Part shown: positions 44,144-61,500 of the stretch, piece after piece
How positions within the stretch are numbered: position 1 is the stretch's first letter
How the letters are laid out: each line of letters starts with the position of its first letter
Assembly (NCBI RefSeq): GCF_030028105.1
Contig: NC_092377.1
Coordinates: 117,762,632-117,826,631, forward strand
Direction: 5' to 3'
Source of the DNA: Mobula birostris
Taxonomy: Eukaryota
DNA: 64,000 nucleotides
Translations under genes and position numbers: made by a program
The notes under the pieces: model-generated
The model's database searches: none
What the model was told of the DNA's origin: nothing
The model's input: the letters and a program-made list of their open reading frames with translations, nothing else

Positions 44144-47100
44144 GGAGGGAGTATTTGCTCACAGGGTGTGTGTGAAGCGTCTAGTACAGTAGAGTAGTAG
44201 TGCCTGTAGTTAGTGCATGCTGCATGCTGTATGCCGCGCAGTGCTCTCTGCTTGCTACTCTCGGCTCACAGCTACTGCCACTGGCTAGCCTTCTTAATAG
44301 AGGGTGAAGAGAGGAGCCGAGTGTGTAAGCCTCCTCCTGCCGGTACAGAGCCTCTCCACCACCAAGACTCCTGCAGTGCCTCCTCGGAGCCACACATGGC
44401 AACTGGGTATCTTACGGTCCCAGGTTAAACTACAGGGGATCTCGGAGCAGTGGTGGGCCCCAGACGTGGCGTGCAGGCCCACCACCTTGTGGACACGCCT
44501 TGGCGCCCGTCAATCACTGTCCCATCTATGGACAAATAGCCTCGCTGCCTTGTGCTAAGTCTGTTGAGACAAGGCTAAGGAAGCACACCCTGGCAGAAAA
44601 GCAATGCGCAATAGGCGGTCCTTAACAGACCGAGGACGCGGCAGCCTCCTGCAGCCAAGGTGAGGGACCGGTTTTCCTGGGATCACCCTTGCCACCGGGA
44701 TTTACCTCATCATGGTGAAGATAGTGCTACTGGGGATGGCGCACCCCCTGTGGCACTTCAAAATCTTCCTTGCGCAGGTCTCCACCTCTGTTCGTGGTGA
44801 ACAATACCTGGACCTTACATATGGTTGAAGTCTGACGGCGATGGGGCGTCTGGCAGCAGGAGCAGGTACGAATGGAGTGGGTACTGCAGTGGAAATAAGA
44901 AACAATACAACCTAAAGCTGGCAACATGGAATGTAAGGACTCTCCTGGACTCGTTTGGCCTCTCTGACAGACCTCACCGGAGAACAGCCTTGATCGCTGC
45001 TGAGCTAAGGCACTACAACATCGACATTGCTGCCCAGGCTCCTGGATGAAGCTCTTTAACAGAGGAAGGGATGGGTTACACCTTTTTCTGGAAAGATTTC
45101 CTCCCAGGTGGACAACATCTCTACGGAGTAGGATTGGCCATCAAGAACACATTTCTACCAAGTTTCACAGAAAAACCTGCTGGCATTAGTGAAAGACTAA
45201 TGACCGTGTGCATCCTCCTGGCAAAGAAACGTTATGCCATGCTTCTCAGTGCCTATGCACCAACTTTGCCATCTGAGAATGAGGCCAAGGAAGGCTTTTA
45301 TCAGACATTGGATAAGATCCTTTTGTTTGGGGACTTCATCGCTAGGGTGGGACAGAACAACAAGATATGGAGTGGAGTGCTAGGTGGGCATGGTATTGGA
45401 AAGGTGAATCCAAATGGCATGAAGCTACTTACTCTTTGCTCTGAGCATAACCTTACCATAACGAACACCATCTTCCAGCAGAAGGCAAAATATTAAGACC
45501 TCGTGGTTATACCCTCGCTCTAAACATTGGCACATGATCGACTTCATCATTGTGAGACGGAGTGACATCAAGGATGTTCTCATCACCCATACCATGAGAG
45601 GTGCAGAGTGCTGGACTGACAACCGTATGATTGTGTCCAAGCTCCATATGAAAGTGCGTCCCCGCTTGCGGCTGCAAAAACCCAATAAAGAGCGGCTAAA
45701 TTGCAACCGCCTGAGAAACACAGAAACAAGAAGTGAGTTTCGACGCATCCTAGCTGAGAAACTAAGGGAGTTGGAACCTTGTCTGAGGTCAGAAAATACC
45801 GTGGAACAACAGTGGACCGATATCAGCTCTGAGCTCTCTGAGGCAGCAGCCCAATCCATCGGTCATAAGAGCAGGAACCACCAAGACTGGTTTGATGATA
45901 ACTCAGACACCATCCACAACTTGCTTAAGGACATGCACAAAGCATACCGGGCTGCTTTAGACAACCCTTCTTCCACCAGCATCAGGCAGCATTGGCAGGC
46001 AGCTCGGAGGAAAGTGCAAAAGGCAATACGGATCATGCAAAATGAGTGGTGGACTGAAAAGCCATATGTAATCCAGTCCTTTACCGATAATAATGACTTG
46101 CATAATTTTTACAATGCTGTCAAAACCATCTACGGCCCAATAAATCGATGCGTTACTCCCCTGAAAACAGCAGATGGCCTAACACTTCTGAAGAATCAGA
46201 ATACCATTCTGCTGAGGTGGGCTGAGCATTTTAACACTCTGCTTGATCAGGACTCTGACGCAGACGCCACTATCCTGGAGAAACTGCCTGAATTTCCTCC
46301 TATCCAAGACCTCAGTTTACCACCAACCTTCCAGGAGGTCCTATCAGCTGTCCATTCCCTTAAGAACAACAAATCCCCTGGCACTGACAATATCCCTGCT
46401 GAGTTACTGAAGAACGGGGGGTACATGTGTACGCACACCCTCTACCAGTACATCACCAAGGCCTGGACTGATGAGAACATCCCACAGCAATGGAGAAATG
46501 CCAACACCATTGCCATTTATAATGTCAAGGCCATCTGCGGCAATAGTAGGGGCACATCACCGCTTTCTGTTGCTAGAGAGATCCTGGCTAAGGTGATGCT
46601 TCAGAGACTCATCAGCAATATCACCGAGTCAATGCTGCCTGAATCGCAGTGTGGATTTAGGAAGAACAGGAGCACGATCGACATGATCTTCACAGCCTGG
46701 CAGCTTCAGGAAAAATGCCAGGAGCAACATCACGACCTGCTAACGGCCTTTGTCGACCTCTCCAAAACTTTCGACACTGTGCAAAGAGAACTCTTATGGA
46801 ATGTCCTCCTCAGGTTTGGAGAGGTGACCACAGGAGGACAAGAGTCCGAGCCCTTCCTTGTACACACAGGGGTGAGGCAGGGGTGTGTGCTAGAGCCAGT
46901 GCTCTTTAATATCTTCCTCGTGTGTGTTACCAAGCTTCTCCACAACGAGACTGAAGACAGCAGCGGTGTGCCAGTGGACGTCAGATTAGATGGCAACCTC
47001 TTTGACATCAGGAAGTTCTACGCAACTACCAAACTCCGTAGAGAGCGGGTCCTGGAGCTGCAGTATGCAGACGAATATGCTCTTGTGGCCCATAGTCCGG

Positions 47101-47798
47101 ATGATCTTCAGACTGTCCTTGCTGTGGCGGTGAGAGCGTACAGCAGGATAGGGCTGACTGTCAATAACACCAAGACAGAAGTGGTACCACCCTCCTTTAT
47201 AGCTGTGAAGTTTGGGTAACCTACAGCCGTCACATCAAGTCCTTGGAGTGCTTCCACATAAGCTGCCTCCAGAGCATCCTGGGAATTACCCGGCGTGAGC
47301 GGGTCCCTCACACTGAAATACTTGTAAAGACCAACTGCAGAAGTAGTGACGCCATGATCACCCAGCGTCAGCTGCAGAGGCTGGGGCACGTGATAAGGAT
47401 GCCTCCATGTCGGCTACCCCGCAGAGTGATATACGGCCAGCTACATCATGGTCGATGCTCAGCTGGAGGGCCGAAGCAGCGCAATAAGGATCAGATGAAG
47501 AATGCTTTAAGGAAGTGCAAGATCAGACCCGAGGACCTGGAGGATGTTGCTGCTGACCGTACCACTTGGCGACAGCTGTGTAAGAACGGGTTTCGTATTC
47601 TGGAGATGGAAAGAACAACCAAAATAGAGCCAGGAGAAATGCGGCCATGGTTACCACCACTACCACCGCTACCACATATACATGTCCCACCTGCAATAGG
47701 GCTTGTGGGTCCAGGATAGGACTGTATAGTCATCAAAGATCTCACCGTTAAAGGAGTGGACGTCGTCATCGGATTTCGATGGACAACCGAAGAAGAAA
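44144..47798 (+). mobile_element. RTE-clade LINE (copy B) with a 561-aa open segment and a probable 15-bp TSD
   Basis: ORF 45534..47219; flanks ATGTGTGCCTGTGTG (44129-44143) and ATGTGTGCGTGTGTG (47799-47813). Confidence 0.92.
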
Positions 47799-49109
47799 AT
47801 GTGTGCGTGTGTGNNNNNNNNNNNNNNNNNNNNNNNNNNNNNNNNNNNNNNNNNNNNNNNNNNNNNNNNNNNNNNNNNNNNNNNNNNNNNNNNNNNNNNN
47901 NNNNNNNNNNNNNNNNNNNNNNNNNNNNNNNNNNNNNNNNNNNNNNNNNTACGAGAGTCAGCTTGTATTGATGCGAGTCAGGGAGACACACAGCTCGGAA
48001 ACCGGCCTCTTCGGCCCAACCCGCCGGTGCCGACCAACGTTCCCATCCAAGATCACCCTATTTCCCACGTTCGGTTCAGATCCCTCTAAAGCTTTCATAT
48101 CCGTCTACCTGTCCGAGTATCCTCTAAATGTTGATGTACTCGGCTCAACACTTCCTCTGGCAGGTCGTTCCATCTACAGGCGATCCTCTGGGTGAAAACT
48201 TTGCTCCGCGGTTCCCTTTAAATCTCTCCCCTCTCGCCTTAAACCTGTGCCCTCTAATTTTGGACTCCCCCAACTCGGGGGAAAAGGCTGTGTGCATTCA
48301 CCCTATGGTTTTATAATCATTGATAAGTTCACTCTTCAGTCTTCTGAACTCCAAGCACTAAAAGCCCTAGCTTTCTTAACCTCCCCCGGTAACTCATGCC
48401 CTCGAAACTAATCTCGCAATTTTTTTTGCATTCTTTCCAGTTTAATGCTGGCCAAAACTGAACACATTGCACCGCTGTCCCCTATGCTACAGGGAATCAA
48501 GTACCAACCAGTCCAGCCTCTCTCTATAACTCAATCGATCGGATTTCGACAACATCCTTGTAAATCTCCTCTGCCTCTTTCCAAGTGCATAAATTCTTCC
48601 TTATAACAGGGTGACGAAAACAGAGCACAATACTCCAAGTGTGGCCTCGTCCTGTACCACTGCAACATAACGTGTGCCAAACACGTTCCTCACCACTCTG
48701 TCTACCGTGATATCCCTTTCAGAGATCCGTGGGCAGCACCTGTACCCTTGGCTACTTCAACAAACCCCAAAGCAAAGTAATAGATCAAAGAGTTATACAA
48801 TTCTTCAGCCCATCATGTACGGACCACACTCCGTGTGAAAGACAAGCTCAGCAAGCTCATATTAAACCTCTCCCCACCCACCTTGAACTTATACCATCCA
48901 CGTCCCTCATGATGTACGCACTTACCAGCTCACCCAATCCCTGAGTCTCTTACAATCCCAGGAATAATGTTCCAACCTGCTCAGCCTATCTCCATAACAA
49001 AACCGATTCCTTCTCCTCCTCCGTCTCCCTCCTGCCCCTTCCCTCAGAATCTTTCCTCCTCCTCCCCTTCATAGGTATTCCCTCTCCCCCTCAATCCCTT
49101 ATCCTCTGA

Positions 49110-49343
49110 TTATATCTCCCACCCAGAAACGAGGCACTGGAGGCTGGCTTTCGGGCAGCTGCTGGAGAGCGGCACCGGCTGCGCGTTGCAGTCGAAGATG
49201 ATCGGGGCGGCAAGCCGCAGCAACATGATGTCGTTGTCGAGGCTGCGGGGGTTGTAGAAGGGTTGCGGGATGACCTGGGCCACGGGCAGCCGCTGCTCCG
49301 TGCCTTCCTCCACAGTGGTGTCGTGTGCCATCAGCGTGTCCGC
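49110..49343 (-). pseudogene. Second copy of the trypsin-like pseudogene (exon-3 remnant only)
   Basis: Near-identical to 27469-27702; the exon-5 region is absent. Confidence 0.86.
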
Positions 49344-50566
49344 CTTGTGACGGCTCAGTCGTGAGGAAGGATGGGCAGGGACGACAGGGGTCGGGAGGGA
49401 GTGAGGAAAATAGTGGGGATGGGGGACAGTAAGCTACCCTTTGTACCTTGATAGCGGGGGAGAACGCGAGTCAGCCGTGGCGAAAGAGGGGAAGAAGGCG
49501 AGAGGGGTGTGGAGAGGTCGGGGGGGGGGGGTTCAAATCCAGAGACACCATGTGCGGGTATACCCGGAGGCGCTGAGCACGGGTCCGCAGCGGCGTGTGG
49601 GAGAACACTACGAATGGGAAGAGGTCAAAGGAGTGAGGAGTGGGGAGGAAAACGCGCCCTGTACCGCGGGGAGAGAGCGTGAGTCAATCGTGAGGAGGAC
49701 CAGAGGGGGACATAGGAGGCGTAGCGGGAAGCGACGAGGAAAGGGAAAGACAAAGGAGGATGCAAAAGGGGGGATGTAGGGTGAGGGGGACACTGAGGTA
49801 GAGTTAGTGGAGGAGGAGGACACACGCGAATCCGTCCTGTGTCGGGGGGAGGGGTGTTGAAGAGATTAGACAACGGGTCAGCCGTGGGGATGGAGGGTGA
49901 GGGGGAAGAAAGATGAAGGGGCAAGTGAGGGTGGAGGAGGGAGGGGGGACAAGCAGAGACCTGCCCTGTGCTGTGTCGGTGAAGCGAGGGTACGCAATCA
50001 GCGGCGGGCAGCATGGGACAAGAGACAGGGGCGGGGGTCGACCGGGTCGGGAATGGGAAAGGAGGGAAGAGGATGATGTAGTTGCGGTGAGACAGTCAGA
50101 TACGTCGTATACCGTGGAGAGCGCGGGTCAGCCGTAATGAGGGAGTGGAGGCAGAGGTGACACGGAGCGGAGAGCCGATATACAAGAGACGGAGAAGAGA
50201 GGGAGAAGCAAAGAATGGGGGTGGGGAGTGGGTGGAAGGTACAACACAGGTCCGGTCTTGCAAGGGAAAAATTGCTAGCTGACCGAAGGAACGGTAGGGC
50301 AGGGGTGGTGGGGAATCGAGATTCAGGGTGCGAAAGCGAGGGTCTCACACGGGTCGGCCCTGTGTCGAGGAGAGGTCACGGTTCCGCGTGGAGAGAGCGC
50401 TGTGGGAGGTGCGGTGATGCAGTAGGAGGGTAGTCCTGGGCACACAACACCCCTATTGAGACTTTCCTTCCTCAACTCCCCACCGTCTGAGTCCTTGCTG
50501 GATTAGATCCACGCCCGCATCCATGCTCCCAGCAACCGGTGACGACCCTCACCCTCATCCCTGCTC

Positions 50567-50716
50567 CTCGTTCTTGACCAGTTTGGTCGAAGCTGGGAAT
50601 CTGACAGGTGACCCCCCCACCCACTGCTCAAGGACGGGACGTCTTGTGACTGCCCCGAGCTCCCTCAACAGCTGCAGCTCTCCCGCCGATAAGGGTCCCT
50701 GATCGGGTATAAATGC
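50567..50716 (+). promoter_or_regulatory. Trypsinogen 3 promoter (PTF1-like, NR5A2-like, GATA, TATAAAT 50708)
   Basis: Near-identical to 28930-29080. Confidence 0.75.
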
Positions 50717-50760
50717 TCCCTCGGCACCTACCGTGCCTCAGTCTCCGGACATCAGTCACA

Positions 50761-54555
<3,795 letters not shown>

Positions 54556-54740
54556 AGACCCCACCTCCCTCTCCGGAGGCTCTGTAATAAATCAATAAAA
54601 TCGTTGTATAGACTCCTGCTGTCTTTATTCCCGGCTCTGACGAGCTCCTCCGTGCCCCGATCTGGGATCACGGCCTTCCTGTACACTGGTTGTCTCTGTG
54701 CTCGGCAAATGTCACTTATGGGGAGAGTGTTATCGGGTTC

Positions 54741-55130
54741 TGGATACTGGAACAGTGCACGGTGCTCCCAGTGTGGTCTGACCCAGGGGGATACGGAGAC
54801 TGGAACTGTGCACGGTGCTCCTGGTGTGGGTCCGACCCAGCGATATGGAGACTGGAACTGTGCGCGGTGCTCTCAGTGTGGTCTGACCCAGGGGGAGACG
54901 GAGACTGGAACTGTGCACGGTGCTCCCTGTGTGGGTCTGACCCAGGGATACGGAGACTGGAATTGTGCATGGTGCTCCCGTTGTGGGTCTGTCCCAGGGA
55001 TCCGGAGAGTGGAACTGTGCACGGTGTTTCCTGTGTGGGTCTGACCCAGGGACACGGAGACTGGAAATGTGCACGGTGCCCCCGATGTGGGTCTGACCCA
55101 GGGATATGGAGTCTAGAATTGTGCACTGTA
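54741..55130 (+). repeat. 52-bp minisatellite (~7-8 units)
   Basis: Tandem array, about 208 bp (4 units) shorter than in unit B. Confidence 0.9.
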
Positions 55131-55226
55131 GGGTAGATATTCCGAAACTTTCCCAGTCGCAAAGGTTGCTGAGTCATAAGGGTTTTGATATTCGGTCAGA
55201 GATTTAGTTGGGGGATGTGAATATTT

Positions 55227-56289
55227 CGTCATAAGGCGGGGTTGGCTAGAAACGGACCCAAGTGCAAGACACAAACACTGAAGTACTAGGGACAGGACTA
55301 GGATACAGGGCGATGGCAGGGACAAGGACAGGAAAACTAGGAACCTGGAACAGGACTGAACAAGAGAGCTAGGAGCCCGGGCTTTGACTCCGAGCCAGAG
55401 ACTGGACAACAACCCAGTACCTGAGTCTTGCCTCTGGCTCGGACCTCAGAACTAGGCAAGGACGAGACTTGGCAGGCAGGCAGGACGAGGCTGGAGTCTT
55501 CAGTCTTGAGGCTCGAGATTAGAGGCAAGGATTGGCAGGAGGCAGGAGGCTGGAGTCTTCAGGCTTGAAGCTAGAGGCTAGAGACTTGGCTTGGCTTGGC
55601 AAGAGGCTAGAGGCTAGAGGCTGGATTCTTCAGGCTTGAGGCTAGGCAGCAGGCTGGAGTCTTCAGGCTTGAGGCGAGGTGAGGCTGGAGGCTGGAGGCA
55701 GGAGACTTGAGGCGAGGCTTGGCAGGAGGCAGGAGACTTGAGACTTGAGGTGAGGCTTGGCTCCTCCTGGGCAAGGCGCGGTTCACCTGGGCAGGGCGCG
55801 GTACTCCTGAGCAGGGCGCGTTTCTCCTGGGCAGGGCACGGATAACCACCCGACAGAGGCAAGGGACAGGAAGGGACAGAGCCAACCCCAGGTAACGGCA
55901 AGACGGCCTGGCTTACCTGGGCGGAGGCAAGGGACAGGAAGGGGGCTAGGTACTGGGTGGCTGCAGGACCAGACAGCAAGACAAGGCAGGGCTGCTGGCA
56001 AAGCAAGGCGAGACAGAACTTCAGGCGAAGCGAGAGTTACCGGCAAGACAAGGCAGGGCTTCAGGAGAGGAAACAGAAGGCAGGGGAGGGGATACAAGGA
56101 GTAGAACAAGAACGATACAGCAGTCACACCTGGGTCTCTGAAAGTATTTATGCAGCCAGCCCCAACGAGCATCAGCTGCTTCAATTAGCTCAACAAGAAC
56201 AGAAACAGGGTAGATAGGAAAACCTGGAGCGAGGGTTGATGGACCGGACCGTGAACCGGAATACGGACATCATGGACCGGACTATGACA
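55227..56289 (-). mobile_element. Solo LTR (copy C)
   Basis: Paralog of 33666-34728; flanks TATTT / TGTTT. Confidence 0.82.
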
Positions 56290-58528
56290 TGTTTTCGTCT
56301 CGGGGTGGGGTCTAGATCGCACTGCCTGAGGAGGTTGGTTGGTGAGTGGGACTCTTAGCAAACTCAGCATCCGGACAAGCAATGGAATATCCGAGGCATA
56401 GAGAGGGGTGGGCCGAGTGCTGGTGATTGGTGTTGGTGGGTCAGCAGGAACGCAAAAGGTCAAACGGGCTGTTTGTGTGATTCCGTTGTAGTTTGAAAGA
56501 AATGCCGTAAAACACCTACCAAACGCCGTTAGACCACAGTTGGGAAACACTGTCCTGTTCTTGTCTGAAATGGAGACGCTACACTGGAAACACGCAGCAG
56601 GTGGGGCAGCGTCTGAGAATGGGGACACAGGGTCATCAGGTCGGGTCAGGAGTCCTCACCAGAATTCTGAAAGATTACTGTCCCAAGACACCGCTTTTCT
56701 CTCTCTCTTTAGACCTGCGGAATTAATTCTACTCAAAATATCCGATTGAGATCAATTAATAAGGAGGGACTCGCAAGATTTGGATGAGTGAGGGGATTGG
56801 GGCTGAGGAAAGAGATCAGGATCAGGAATATGATGGCAGGAACGAGAATAGCTTCGTCTATATCTGACGTTCGACCCAAACATACAACTGGACGATCTGA
56901 AAACTTTCCTGGCTCTCTCTCCTATCACAAGAGGATGCAGATTTAGGGCGCTTTGGAGAAGGTACAGAGGAGATGTCATGTGTAAGTTTTTTTACTCAAA
57001 GAGTGGTGAGTGTGTGGAATGGCGGGTAGGAGAGGGTCTTTTAAGAAACTTTTGGATAGGTACATGGAGCTTAGAAAAATAGAGGGCTATGGGAAATTCT
57101 AGTAATTTCTAAGGTAGGGACATGTTCGGCACAGCTTTGTGGGCCGAAGGGCCTGTATTGTGCTGTAAGTTTTTTATGTTTCTATCAGATTCCTTCTTCC
57201 TTAGTCCTGTATCTTTTGCACCTCACCTAGTCTCACCTATCACCTATCACCTGCCAGTTTCCCCTCACCCTACTTTCTCATTCTGGGTCCTGCTCTCGTT
57301 CTCTCCAGTCCTGATGAAGGGTCACGGTCCGAAATGTCTGTAAGACTCCTTACAGAAACTTCGGAGTGGGAGGCGAGGAATTTAATTCGACGCGATCACA
57401 TTTTTGATCAAGGAGATGAAGATGCTCCCCGTCTGCTGAGTTGCTGAATTTGTTCGTTTTCCTCAATAATTTCGGTATCTGCAGAATCTCTAATGCTCTG
57501 GTCTGTTGCTGTCTGGTCTACAGCAGCTAGTAGACGAGAATAGGGCATCATATCCATGGGTCACCGATCGTCACTGTCAATAAGATTGAAAGAGTGCAGA
57601 GCGAAATCATATTTGTGTTGCCGGGACGTGAGCGTCTGAATTTTAGTGGAAGTTTGAATACATTCGGACTTTATTCCCTGGAGCGTCAGAGAATGATGGA
57701 AATTTTGACAGAGGTATACAAAATTATGAGGAGTATTGGTATGGTAAATACAAGCGGCTTTTCCCACTGAGGTTGAGTAGGACTACAACTAGAGGTCATC
57801 GGTTAAGGCTGAAATATTTAAGCGGAACACGAGGGGAATAGCTTCTCTCAAGACAGGGGTTAGAGTAGAACGAGCTGCCAGAGCAAGTGGTAGATGCAGG
57901 TTCGATTTCAATATTTAACAGAAATTCGGATAGGTACATGGACTGGAGGCGCATGGAGAGCAATGGTCCGGGTACAGGTCGATGGAACTTGGCAGCAAAA
58001 TGATTCGGTTTCGAGTAGATGGGCCGAGGGGCCTGTTTCTGTGCTGTCCTGTTCTATGACTTTGAAAGGTTCGATGAAATGCTTTGAAGGTTGGTCATGA
58101 CTAGACTGAAATCCTGCCTCAGCAAGGACCCGAACCCATTGTAATTTGCCTATCGCCACAATATGTCAACAGCAGACGCAATCTCAATGGCTCTCCACAT
58201 GGCTTCAGACCACCTGGACAACACAAACACCCCTTTCAGGATGCTGTTCATCGACTATAGCTCAGCATTTAATATCATCATTCCCACAATCCTGATTGAG
58301 ATGTTACAGAACCTGGGCCTCTGTACCTCCCACAAACTTCTGGGGACGAAGCAGGCCAGGCAGCCAGTAAGAGGTACAGTCGACGTTTCGGGCCGAGACC
58401 CTTCGTTAGGACTAACTGAAAGGAGAGATAGTAAGAGATTTGTAAGTGGGAGGGGGAAGGGGAGATCCTAAATGATAGGAGAAGACAGGAGGGGGAGGGA
58501 TGGAGCTAAGAGCTGGAAAGTTGATTGG

Positions 58529-61500
58529 TGTGACGGGGTCCTGAATTACCCCTATGAACTGTGCTTTTGAAAAGAGAGAGAGAGAGAGTTGTTCAACACT
58601 AGACACCTTGTTATTACGAGAGAGAGAGGGGGAGAGAGAGGGGCGAGATTGCTTTGAGATGGTATTATGGTTTCTCTGCAGCATGTTTACACTTTGCAAG
58701 GACACAGGCAGCTTCTATGTTCTTACAGAGAGAGAAGGGAGGAGCTACTTGATGGACAGCAGGTGTTCAGCACGCTGAGATAAGGAGAAGATCAGCTGAT
58801 AGACTGACAGACACATGATTTTGGACACTGAATGAGCTTTGTTGTGCCCACAGAAAAGGTGAGTTTTGGAGGATCGATCAGGCGGATCGATCAGTGACTC
58901 TCGCAGTGTGAAAAGGGTGCGACCAGTGGGGAGTTAATGGTGTGTCCGACCCTCGACTGCGTTGACAATTCCACCACAGAAGAACAGTCCCCTTAGGTAT
59001 GGGCACAGGTGACTACTAAGAGATTTTGGATGACAACGGGAAGGTTGACGGCGTCAACTCACCTGAAGACTCAAACCCCTCTCTCTCTCTATCACCACGC
59101 AACTCCATACCACACACTGAACTGATCTTGACTCGTCATCGTAAGACTATCTATTTACCCCTAGTCTCGAAGAAGCTTGGTTTTTATATATTTCCACACT
59201 TATACATATCTAATCATTGCTAACCTGTTTTATATATCTGATTTTATATTACTGTATTGAGTAGTTACTAATAAATACCATTAGTTAATAGCAACACTGG
59301 ACTCCAAACCCGGCATGGTGTACGTGACAAAATTGGGGGCTCGTCCGGGTTACCAACAAATTGGTGGGAGCCATTCTAAAAATTGTGTGGGGGCTTGTTT
59401 GAATTAATTGAGGAAAATCCCTTTTGATTTAGTTGTGTGGAAAAACAGTAGAAATGGACATTAGTGCTGAGAGGTTTCTGTGGGAACCAACCCCTGAAGC
59501 GTTGGATGATGCTACGAGGAATGCGCTGTTGGCAATTGCTCAAAAGTTAAGACTAAGCGTGACCACTAAAATGAGGACAGCTCAGATGCAGATGATAATA
59601 GCCCAGCATTATATAGCTAAGGGAAATTTTGACGAGGAGGCGTTAGAGTTATTCGCTGAAGGTAAGGTACTTACTGAGGCTGAGGTTTAGTTGCATTTGA
59701 AATTGCGATTAAAACAGCTCGAGGCTGATGACGCAGAAAAGCAGAGGATCCATGAGGCTAGAGAGGCAGACAAACAGAGAGAGTTTGAGAGGAAGTTGGT
59801 GCGACAAGGAGTTCCAGTACCAAGCCGTAGTAGGGAGCTGGTTGCAACATTTAATGTTAGTCACGAAATTGAGTTGGTACCTTCATTTGAGGAAACAGAA
59901 GTCGATAGGTATGTCCTACATTTTGAAAAAGTAGCCATAAATCGGAACTGGCCGAGAGATCAGTGGGTTGTTTTGTTACAAAGTGTGATTAAGGGGAACG
60001 TCCAACGAGTGTATTCAGCGTTGTCTGTTACATGATTATAATGTAGTGAAAGGTGATATACTTACAGTTTACGAATTGGTCCCGGAGGCATACAGGCAAA
60101 GGTTCCGAAATTTGAGGAAGCCTTTGGACCGCGTGTATTTAGAGTTTGCCTGTGAGATGCAGATCGCTGGTGTACCTCGAAAGGGGCAAGTGAGGATATT
60201 GACAACCTGAAAGAGTTGATATTGATTGAACAGTTTAAAGGTTGCGTCCCTGATGGTATAAGGACGTGCTTAGATGAGAGAGAGAGGCAGCAACACTATC
60301 AGAGTCTGCTTAATTAGCAGACGAGTATGCCTTAACATAAGGTTAGGTATATTCTGAACAGGAGTTACCAAAATGGTAATAGAGATAATCCACCGGCTAA
60401 ACCAGAGAGTAAACTGGGCAGTAGTGACAGAAGTAAGGAGGAAGGAAAGCAGTTGGGGGGTGGGGGGGGGGGGAAATTTCCCAGTTTTAAAGTGCTACTT
60501 TTGTGGGAAACCTGGTCATGTGGCGTCCAATTGTTTTGCTATGAAAAGGGAAAAGGAAAAGAGAAAGAGAAAACCCCAAATGCCTGCATTCAGACGGTTA
60601 AAACAACGCTGAAGAAGGAGGGGTCTGACCGAGTTCAAGAAGGACTCGAGAGATTTATTTCAAATGGGTTTGTATCTGTGAAGGAGGGGTCAACCCCGGT
60701 TCCAGTGAGAATCTGGCGAGATACTGGGGCTTTTCAGTCATTAATATTAAAGAGTGTTTTGGAATTTGGTGCTGAGACAGAGACTGGTGAAGTGAATATT
60801 ATCAAAGGCATTGGAAAGGGAACTGAGGCCGTGCCTTTGTATAAGATAGTTTTCAAATGTGACTTGGTATTCAGACCAGTCACAATAGGGGTGCGATCTG
60901 AACTACCGATAGACAATGTTGATGTCTTACTCGGTAACGACCTTGCAGGTGGGGATGCTTATCCAGCAGTTAAGCTCACAAGTCAGCCTGCTGCTGTCGA
61001 GGACCCGCCCATAGCTGCTGATGTGTACCCCGCCTGCGCAGTGACACGAAGCATGTCGGAAAACGCCGCTGATGCTAATGTTGATTTATCTGAGACTTTC
61101 CTACCATCCCTATACCAACAGGACTTAGAGGGTAGTAAGGCTGAGGAGAGCAAGGAGGAGGGGACGGACTTGTCCTTATTGAGGAAGGAATTTAAAGAGG
61201 AACAGAATAAAGATCCTGAATTGTAGCTTTAAAAGAGACAGCTCTCTCTGAGGATGAAATTCAGAAAGAGACAGTGTGATATTACCTTAATGATCGAGTG
61301 TTGATGAGGAAGTGCAGACCCACTACGGTGCCTGCTAGTGAGGATTGGGCTATTGGGCACCAGTTGGTGGATCCAAAGGTTTACAGGGCTGAAATCTTAA
61401 ACCTGGCCCAGAAGATGCCTTTAGGTGGACATTTTGGAGTAAAGAAGACAGTGTACAGGATTATGAGGGAATTCGTTTGGCCTAACTTGAGGAAAGATAT

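Noticed and set aside
45534-47219. 561-aa ORF as an active or domesticated RT
   Set aside because: Upstream frameshifts, internal deletions, YADE for YADD, and a broken paralog.
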